Part shown: piece after piece, positions 55,484 to 64,000 of the stretch | How the letters are laid out: every line of letters begins with the position of its first letter | Position numbering within the stretch: the first letter of the stretch is position 1 | Assembly: GCA_977017575.1 (NCBI GenBank) | Contig: CDRNVI010000004.1 | Coordinates: 310,001 to 374,000 of the forward strand | Length of the DNA: 64,000 bases | Reading direction: 5' to 3' | Source: Paramoeba atlantica | Taxonomy: Eukaryota; Protista; Discosea | The notes under the pieces: generated by a model | Database searches by the model: none | The model's input: the letters and a program-made list of their open reading frames with translations, nothing else | What the model was told of the DNA's origin: nothing | Program-made: the position numbers and the translations under genes

Positions 55484-58400
55484 TTACAGGTTGGATGTTC
55501 GGAAATGTTTCTTTTCGCTTTGTTCAAATTCTGCGTTAGCAAGCGAAGACGCGGTGTCTAGTAACTTACCTTTTCTCTTACGCCGCATCCGACGCTCCTC
55601 ACGGGTTGGGTTCGTGGTTTTCTTTTCTATTGTTTTAAGGCACGCTATCCACTCATATTCGGAGTGGGCCGATTCATTTCCTCGGTTCAGGTTTTTTCTT
55701 CGTTTAGAAATAGGTTCCGAACTAACGAGCTTTTTACTTAAGGTATCCGCTTCTTCATTCCATTTATTCCCACAATGGCCTCGGACCTTAATAAAGGTGA
55801 TGGTTCTCCCCTGACAATGCGCTGATCGAATAAAACTATCCAGAAAACTAAGCAGATCGGAATTCGATCCTTCAAAACCAACCAGTCGATCTTTCCTTCG
55901 GCGCATATTTACAAAATTCCACACATAATACGAATCTGTGTGTACAACAACATTTTCAACTTCTTTTAGTTTACTCAAACCAAATAGGGCAGCGTGAATT
56001 TCGGCTCTTTCAGGAGATTTGGTTTCCAGGTAGGATAGGGAGGACGAAAAACTTTCATGCTTCTCTGCGTTTACTATTACACATCCAACTGCTACCTTTA
56101 CCCTTGTGTCCGTATCATCGGAGATAGAAGCATCCACGTACGCATGCATTTCCTCTGGTTTTACAGGAAAAGGGGTTTCCCCTTCTTCGATAAATTGTAA
56201 TTTATTACACACTGTTTCTTTTAAAGCGTTTTTGTATGCTAGTTTCCATTTTGGACTTTTGTAGCCAATATAAGACTCTGAGGGCTCGAGTCTCTCTGAG
56301 AGGTTTTCAATTAATTTGGCCCAGTGTGCGCGATCAGAGGCATATACAAGCATTTCTTCCATCTCAATCCCAAGGTCTTGTGCGCATGATTCGGAAGGCG
56401 ATGGAAATCTCGCCTTTTCCCGGGAGCCCCATCCTACTAAAGAGCGGTAGATCTCAGAGTGCCTAATTTGGTGACCCACAAGGCGCGCCCGATTAATACG
56501 ATGTATTGTATTGAAATGTAGCGTGTTGTGGTACAGAGATTCAATAGGATAACAATGCCCATTCTCATCAACTCCTACGGCGTCACACACGATGCGCCTC
56601 ATGTTGTTTACTTGTACTTCAACGTTTCTCACCTGCGATGCCGATATCACCATGGATGACGTACCGTAGTTTAGTATGGGATAGACAAGGGTGTCAAAAA
56701 TTCGAAGCTTAGCCTTTACGCGAAGAGGCGAGATCCAAATACCTCGTAGTTTGCTAAAACACGCCCACGTCAAACGTAATCTGTCGGTTAATGTTAATTT
56801 AGGCTCGGTTTCATGCTGAACATGCCCCAGATGGCGGTACGATTTTACTTTCGGAATGTTCCCACAAGTTGATGAAAGGAGATCGCCATCCTTATTCTCA
56901 TTCTTCGAGATGGACATCCATGCCGTTTTGTTGACACCAGCGGCTATACTCAAATTAGCTTTGGATGCTTCAGTAGCGACGCTGTCGACCATCCTTTCTA
57001 ATGAACGTTTGGAGTCGGAAAACAGGATCAAATCATCAGCGTAATCAATATCAGTCACTCGTGTTGATTTATATCCACGTTTTCTGGTTCCGGCGGAGCT
57101 CAGCGTTAGTCCATCATCTTTATTTTTCAATGCCGCGTGAAGGATGCGATCGAGAACCATGATAAATAAATACGGAGCCAGCACATCCCCTTGCAAAATA
57201 CCCGAGGTAATAGGAAAGGAGCTGGTTTTCCCAAACGGGGTACGTACAATGGCCTCTAAGCCCTCGTAGGCCGACATTGCAAGGGTTGTCATTCGAGGTC
57301 CTACGTGGAACGAATGTAACGCTGCCCTGATAGATGAGTGTGAAAGCGATGGAAAGGCACTCGCGAAGTCGATGAAAGCAATCATGACATTTTCGTGACT
57401 TCGATTCCGTCTTGATTTCGTGAGGATTTCATTGAGAATAATTTGGGCTCCACAGGTGGACCTCTCCGGGCGGAAACCATATTGATTTTCGCGTAGAACT
57501 CGCTCGGTCGAGGGCCGAATACGATTCAAAATCATACCGTTAATTAGCTTGAGGATAACGTTGACAAGACATATTGGGCGCCAATTCCGCAGCTCGGAAA
57601 GATCACCTTTTTTCGGTACGGGGACTTGCAGAACGGTTTTCCAGAGATGGTGCGTCTTTCCCGTTTCAAGGGCTTTGTTGATGATTCCAAGAAGGAGATG
57701 GCGTAAAGAATTTTCTTCGAGTATGGATATGTACGCTTCCGCTGGTATCTCGTCGAGTCCTGGAGCTTTTCCTCGTTTAAGTCTACGCGCAGCGCATGCA
57801 AGTTCATCTTCTGTGAAAGGTGAATCCATGATTTCTCCTTCAAAGTTTTTGGCCTCATCAAATTCAACTTTTGTGTCTCCAACACCTCGGTTAGCAATTT
57901 TAGAGAAGAAGTCCTTAACGGCTGCTAGTCGTTTCCGGTTTGATTGACCTGCGCCATAATTAAAAACTGTTTTCCTCATTCCGCATATTTCGCGAATGAA
58001 TCTCCAAGGGCTGGAATGGTTTTTCCGTAGTTTTTCTTGGAGAATTGCACATTCAGCTTCAATTGTGTCCTCAATTTTCTCACGACTCTTGTCTACAAGA
58101 CCTTTGAATGTATGCGCATTTCGACTAGATTTGTACAGGGCGCTGAGTGATAATATTTCCTCTTGTTTGTTTGTTTCTTCTCGTTGCCCATTGGATTTAC
58201 TTAAATCACTTGGTGCCTCGAAATCCGGAAGTGTTTTCTGTGCCGCATATAGTATCCCCTCTGATAAAACCTCCCACGGGTCGGGTCTTCCCTCTCCGAT
58301 TACTTTGAAAACAGCTTGTTGTGTACATTTATTGAATTCCTTGCAAATATTTTCTGATTTTAGGTTGTACCATGGCAAATGATTGCCAGGTTGTGTTTCA

Positions 58401-59644
58401 TGCGCTTTCCACTTAATCTTGAGACGGGTGACAACCGAGCAGTGCTGCGTTGGGAAAGGAGCAAGTAAAACTTTATGATGTTGTATTGCTGACGCGTATC
58501 GATTGGAAATTATAATATGATCTAATTGTCTCTCAGCGCCATTGGGAAGTTTACAAGTCCACTTTCGAGAGCTTGGTGAGAGAGTGTGGGCAGACTTGCA
58601 ACCAACGTCTACAAGTAAGGCGCGAAATCGAGCTACAGCTGCTTTGTCTTCAGCAGTTTTGTTGACCAGCGTTAAAGGGGAATTAAAATCTCCAATTAAG
58701 ATCGTAGGTCGTTGGGGGTTCGTGGATTCAAGATCGCGAACGGCCTTTCTTAAAGAAGCGTCGAAGGTAGATTTCATTTCCTTAGAAGAATCCCTAATGG
58801 GACCGTACACATTGAATAGTGTAGCGTTCCCGTTTTCCCAAGGAAACTGTGCAGTCATAATCCGTTCTGAGATAACCCGCACCTTTTCCAATGGAAAAGT
58901 ACTAACGAGCGCCATTCCGTTGTAAGAACGGTCGGACGTTGCTGAGGAAAAATATAAGTAATACGTAACACCGGTGTCCTCCGTTTGCTGACGTAGAATC
59001 TCACCAAAGAGACGAGAATCAAAACGGAACCTCGTTTCCTGCAACCCCAGTATGTGAATCCTCTTGCTACTCATAAGGTTCAATATTTCCTTCAATCGGA
59101 CACACGATCGAATAGAAAACAAATCCCCCCCCTCTAATTTTAATGAGGTCACATTCAGGGTCGCTATGGACAACTTCTCCTTCACAGCCGAACCATTTTG
59201 GTTCTTCAAAGCGCGATCGACATGCTCGCCGGGCGACGTCGATTTGGTAGCGCAGCGACGCCATCGTCTCTTACGCCGGGAGGGAGCCGATCTCATTCGA
59301 ACAGCGCATATGATAACTCTTGCGGAAATGGGGGGGAAGGGAAACACCAGGTCAGCTCTTTGATGATACTTCACGCTGAAGCAATCAGTATCCTCAAAGT
59401 TTCCCATAACATCTCCCTCCCATAGTCGGTATTTCCGAGAACCATCATACCGCCATACGACTGCAATATGGCAACCTCTACGCATCCAACGCATGAGACT
59501 TGATAACGCACTGCGACGGAGTTTAGCACCCTTATTTTCAACCGGAATAGGCGGCAGAAAAAGAGAGCCCCGACCAAGCGTGGAACGATCGAGACATTCG
59601 CGAACAACGCGCACCTCGACCGCACCGGACGCATCCGTCGTCAT
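55484..59644 (-). CDS. Intact APE-RT-RNase H non-LTR retrotransposon protein (RTE/RTEX-like RT signatures)
   Basis: TLNV, LGLQET, NVYGP, GDFN, LDHI (APE); QYGFR, FIDF, LQGDVLAPYLF, YADD (RT); YVDAS, AE, TDS, VRGH..NEEAD (RNase H). Confidence 0.95.
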   Translation of the reverse strand: MTTDASGAVEVRVVRECLDRSTLGRGSLFLPPIPVENKGAKLRRSALSSLMRWMRRGCHIAVVWRYDGSRKYRLWEGDVMGNFEDTDCFSVKYHQRADLVFPFPPISARVIICAVRMRSAPSRRKRRWRRCATKSTSPGEHVDRALKNQNGSAVKEKLSIATLNVTSLKLEGGDLFSIRSCVRLKEILNLMSSKRIHILGLQETRFRFDSRLFGEILRQQTEDTGVTYYLYFSSATSDRSYNGMALVSTFPLEKVRVISERIMTAQFPWENGNATLFNVYGPIRDSSKEMKSTFDASLRKAVRDLESTNPQRPTILIGDFNSPLTLVNKTAEDKAAVARFRALLVDVGCKSAHTLSPSSRKWTCKLPNGAERQLDHIIISNRYASAIQHHKVLLAPFPTQHCSVVTRLKIKWKAHETQPGNHLPWYNLKSENICKEFNKCTQQAVFKVIGEGRPDPWEVLSEGILYAAQKTLPDFEAPSDLSKSNGQREETNKQEEILSLSALYKSSRNAHTFKGLVDKSREKIEDTIEAECAILQEKLRKNHSSPWRFIREICGMRKTVFNYGAGQSNRKRLAAVKDFFSKIANRGVGDTKVEFDEAKNFEGEIMDSPFTEDELACAARRLKRGKAPGLDEIPAEAYISILEENSLRHLLLGIINKALETGKTHHLWKTVLQVPVPKKGDLSELRNWRPICLVNVILKLINGMILNRIRPSTERVLRENQYGFRPERSTCGAQIILNEILTKSRRNRSHENVMIAFIDFASAFPSLSHSSIRAALHSFHVGPRMTTLAMSAYEGLEAIVRTPFGKTSSFPITSGILQGDVLAPYLFIMVLDRILHAALKNKDDGLTLSSAGTRKRGYKSTRVTDIDYADDLILFSDSKRSLERMVDSVATEASKANLSIAAGVNKTAWMSISKNENKDGDLLSSTCGNIPKVKSYRHLGHVQHETEPKLTLTDRLRLTWACFSKLRGIWISPLRVKAKLRIFDTLVYPILNYGTSSMVISASQVRNVEVQVNNMRRIVCDAVGVDENGHCYPIESLYHNTLHFNTIHRINRARLVGHQIRHSEIYRSLVGWGSREKARFPSPSESCAQDLGIEMEEMLVYASDRAHWAKLIENLSERLEPSESYIGYKSPKWKLAYKNALKETVCNKLQFIEEGETPFPVKPEEMHAYVDASISDDTDTRVKVAVGCVIVNAEKHESFSSSLSYLETKSPERAEIHAALFGLSKLKEVENVVVHTDSYYVWNFVNMRRRKDRLVGFEGSNSDLLSFLDSFIRSAHCQGRTITFIKVRGHCGNKWNEEADTLSKKLVSSEPISKRRKNLNRGNESAHSEYEWIACLKTIEKKTTNPTREERRMRRKRKGKLLDTASSLANAEFEQSEKKHFRTSNL

Positions 59645-59654
59645 TTTGTTAAAA

Positions 59655-62600
59655 TCTTAACAAAAAGATGGTCTAAATCTTAACAAAAAGATGGTCCTTA
59701 ACAAAAAGATGGTCTTAACAAAAAGATGGTCTTAACAAAAAGATGGTCTTAACAAAAAGATGGTCTTAACAAAAAGATGGTCTTAACAAAAAGATGGTCT
59801 TAACAAAAAGATGGTCTTAACAAAAAGATGGTCTTAACAAAAAGATGGTCTTAACAAAAAGATGGTCTTAACAAAAAGATGGTCTTAACAAAAAGATGGT
59901 CTTAACAAAAAGATGGTCTTAACAAAAAGATGGTCTTAACAAAAAGATGGTCTTAACAAAAAGATGGTCTTAACAAAAAGATGGTCTTAACAAAAAGATG
60001 GTCTTAACAAAAAGATGGTCTTAACAAAAAGATGGTCTTAACAAAAAGATGGTCTTAACAAAAAGATGGTCTTAACAAAAAGATGGTCTTAACAAAAAGA
60101 TGGTCTTAACAAAAAGATGGTCTTAACAAAAAGATGGTCTTAACAAAAAGATGGTCTTAACAAAAAGATGGTCTTAACAAAAAGATGGTCTTAACAAAAA
60201 GATGGTCTTAACAAAAAGATGGTCTTAACAAAAAGATGGTCTTAACAAAAAGATGGTCTTAACAAAAAGATGGTCTTAACAAAAAGATGGTCTTAACAAA
60301 AAGATGGTCTTAACAAAAAGATGGTCTTAACAAAAAGATGGTCTTAACAAAAAGATGGTCTTAACAAAAAGATGGTCTTAACAAAAAGATGGTCTTAACA
60401 AAAAGATGGTCTTAACAAAAAGATGGTCTTAACAAAAAGATGGTCTTAACAAAAAGATGGTCTTAACAAAAAGATGGTCTTAACAAAAAGATGGTCTTAA
60501 CAAAAAGATGGTCTTAACAAAAAGATGGTCTTAACAAAAAGATGGTCTTAACAAAAAGATGGTCTTAACAAAAAGATGGTCTTAACAAAAAGATGGTCTT
60601 AACAAAAAGATGGTCTTAACAAAAAGATGGTCTTAACAAAAAGATGGTCTTAACAAAAAGATGGTCTTAACAAAAAGATGGTCTTAACAAAAAGATGGTC
60701 TTAACAAAAAGATGGTCTTAACAAAAAGATGGTCTTAACAAAAAGATGGTCTTAACAAAAAGATGGTCTTAACAAAAAGATGGTCTTAACAAAAAGATGG
60801 TCTTAACAAAAAGATGGTCTTAACAAAAAGATGGTCTTAACAAAAAGATGGTCTTAACAAAAAGATGGTCTTAACAAAAAGATGGTCTTAACAAAAAGAT
60901 GGTCTTAACAAAAAGATGGTCTTAACAAAAAGATGGTCTTAACAAAAAGATGGTCTTAACAAAAAGATGGTCTTAACAAAAAGATGGTCTTAACAAAAAG
61001 ATGGTCTTAACAAAAAGATGGTCTTAACAAAAAGATGGTCTTAACAAAAAGATGGTCTTAACAAAAAGATGGTCTTAACAAAAAGATGGTCTTAACAAAA
61101 AGATGGTCTTAACAAAAAGATGGTCTTAACAAAAAGATGGTCTTAACAAAAAGATGGTCTTAACAAAAAGATGGTCTTAACAAAAAGATGGTCTTAACAA
61201 AAAGATGGTCTTAACAAAAAGATGGTCTTAACAAAAAGATGGTCTTAACAAAAAGATGGTCTTAACAAAAAGATGGTCTTAACAAAAAGATGGTCTTAAC
61301 AAAAAGATGGTCTTAACAAAAAGATGGTCTTAACAAAAAGATGGTCTTAACAAAAAGATGGTCTTAACAAAAAGATGGTCTTAACAAAAAGATGGTCTTA
61401 ACAAAAAGATGGTCTTAACAAAAAGATGGTCTTAACAAAAAGATGGTCTTAACAAAAAGATGGTCTTAACAAAAAGATGGTCTTAACAAAAAGATGGTCT
61501 TAACAAAAAGATGGTCTTAACAAAAAGATGGTCTTAACAAAAAGATGGTCTTAACAAAAAGATGGTCTTAACAAAAAGATGGTCTTAACAAAAAGATGGT
61601 CTTAACAAAAAGATGGTCTTAACAAAAAGATGGTCTTAACAAAAAGATGGTCTTAACAAAAAGATGGTCTTAACAAAAAGATGGTCTTAACAAAAAGATG
61701 GTCTTAACAAAAAGATGGTCTTAACAAAAAGATGGTCTTAACAAAAAGATGGTCTTAACAAAAAGATGGTCTTAACAAAAAGATGGTCTTAACAAAAAGA
61801 TGGTCTTAACAAAAAGATGGTCTTAACAAAAAGATGGTCTTAACAAAAAGATGGTCTTAACAAAAAGATGGTCTTAACAAAAAGATGGTCTTAACAAAAA
61901 GATGGTCTTAACAAAAAGATGGTCTTAACAAAAAGATGGTCTTAACAAAAAGATGGTCTTAACAAAAAGATGGTCTTAACAAAAAGATGGTCTTAACAAA
62001 AAGATGGTCTTAACAAAAAGATGGTCTTAACAAAAAGATGGTCTTAACAAAAAGATGGTCTTAACAAAAAGATGGTCTTAACAAAAAGATGGTCTTAACA
62101 AAAAGATGGTCTTAACAAAAAGATGGTCTTAACAAAAAGATGGTCTTAACAAAAAGATGGTCTTAACAAAAAGATGGTCTTAACAAAAAGATGGTCTTAA
62201 CAAAAAGATGGTCTTAACAAAAAGATGGTCTTAACAAAAAGATGGTCTTAACAAAAAGATGGTCTTAACAAAAAGATGGTCTTAACAAAAAGATGGTCTT
62301 AACAAAAAGATGGTCTTAACAAAAAGATGGTCTTAACAAAAAGATGGTCTTAACAAAAAGATGGTCTTAACAAAAAGATGGTCTTAACAAAAAGATGGTC
62401 TTAACAAAAAGATGGTCTTAACAAAAAGATGGTCTTAACAAAAAGATGGTCTTAACAAAAAGATGGTCTTAACAAAAAGATGGTCTTAACAAAAAGATGG
62501 TCTTAACAAAAAGATGGTCTTAACAAAAAGATGGTCTTAACAAAAAGATGGTCTTAACAAAAAGATGGTCTTAACAAAAAGATGGTCTTAACAAAAAGAT

Positions 62601-64000
62601 GGTCTTAACAAAAAGATGGTCTTAACAAAAAGATGGTCTTAACAAAAAGATGGTCTTAACAAAAAGATGGTCTTAACAAAAAGATGGTCTTAACAAAAAG
62701 ATGGTCTTAACAAAAAGATGGTCTTAACAAAAAGATGGTCTTAACAAAAAGATGGTCTTAACAAAAAGATGGTCTTAACAAAAAGATGGTCTTAACAAAA
62801 AGATGGTCTTAACAAAAAGATGGTCTTAACAAAAAGATGGTCTTAACAAAAAGATGGTCTTAACAAAAAGATGGTCTTAACAAAAAGATGGTCTTAACAA
62901 AAAGATGGTCTTAACAAAAAGATGGTCTTAACAAAAAGATGGTCTTAACAAAAAGATGGTCTTAACAAAAAGATGGTCTTAACAAAAAGATGGTCTTAAC
63001 AAAAAGATGGTCTTAACAAAAAGATGGTCTTAACAAAAAGATGGTCTTAACAAAAAGATGGTCTTAACAAAAAGATGGTCTTAACAAAAAGATGGTCTTA
63101 ACAAAAAGATGGTCTTAACAAAAAGATGGTCTTAACAAAAAGATGGTCTTAACAAAAAGATGGTCTTAACAAAAAGATGGTCTTAACAAAAAGATGGTCT
63201 TAACAAAAAGATGGTCTTAACAAAAAGATGGTCTTAACAAAAAGATGGTCTTAACAAAAAGATGGTCTTAACAAAAAGATGGTCTTAACAAAAAGATGGT
63301 CTTAACAAAAAGATGGTCTTAACAAAAAGATGGTCTTAACAAAAAGATGGTCTTAACAAAAAGATGGTCTTAACAAAAAGATGGTCTTAACAAAAAGATG
63401 GTCTTAACAAAAAGATGGTCTTAACAAAAAGATGGTCTTAACAAAAAGATGGTCTTAACAAAAAGATGGTCTTAACAAAAAGATGGTCTTAACAAAAAGA
63501 TGGTCTTAACAAAAAGATGGTCTTAACAAAAAGATGGTCTTAACAAAAAGATGGTCTTAACAAAAAGATGGTCTTAACAAAAAGATGGTCTTAACAAAAA
63601 GATGGTCTTAACAAAAAGATGGTCTTAACAAAAAGATGGTCTTAACAAAAAGATGGTCTTAACAAAAAGATGGTCTTAACAAAAAGATGGTCTTAACAAA
63701 AAGATGGTCTTAACAAAAAGATGGTCTTAACAAAAAGATGGTCTTAACAAAAAGATGGTCTTAACAAAAAGATGGTCTTAACAAAAAGATGGTCTTAACA
63801 AAAAGATGGTCTTAACAAAAAGATGGTCTTAACAAAAAGATGGTCTTAACAAAAAGATGGTCTTAACAAAAAGATGGTCTTAACAAAAAGATGGTCTTAA
63901 CAAAAAGATGGTCTTAACAAAAAGATGGTCTTAACAAAAAGATGGTCTTAACAAAAAGATGGTCTTAACAAAAAGATGGTCTTAACAAAAAGATGGTCTT
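59655..64000 (+). repeat. Homogeneous 17-bp tandem array (TCTTAACAAAAAGATGG)n, ~255 copies, runs off window
   Basis: Directly visible; only first 2-3 units imperfect. Confidence 0.98.

Noticed and set aside
59655-64000. CRISPR array
   Set aside because: Identical head-to-tail units with no spacers, no cas genes, eukaryotic context

Overview
No host housekeeping gene is recognisable. The first ~59.6 kb is a nested pile of eukaryotic transposable elements, followed by a 4.3-kb perfect 17-bp tandem array running off the end. The host is probably euglenozoan (kinetoplastid-like): many elements start with a 35-nt spliced-leader-like sequence (TTTAACGATAAAGATACAGTTTCTGTACCTTGTTG) with the CAGTTTCTGTAC core of kinetoplastid/diplonemid SLs. 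Element types: (A) CRE/SLACS-like single-ORF non-LTR retrotransposons (Zn fingers-RT-restriction-like endonuclease, RLE), three near-complete plus fragments; (B) a second RLE family with Pro-rich N-terminus; (C) APE-RT-RNase H LINEs; (D) VIPER/TATE-like tyrosine-recombinase retroelements; (E) a Merlin/ISXO2-type transposase; (F) SL-headed non-autonomous elements. Most notable: family A proteins begin with an Ataxin-2/Pbp1 LsmAD-like segment; they share a ~230-nt 3' RNA structure with compensatory changes; one copy has a ~140-bp target duplication; families B and C share a Tudor/SH3-like N-terminal module. Assignments come from motif recognition by eye; no searches were run, and boundaries are approximate unless a target-site duplication (TSD) is quoted.
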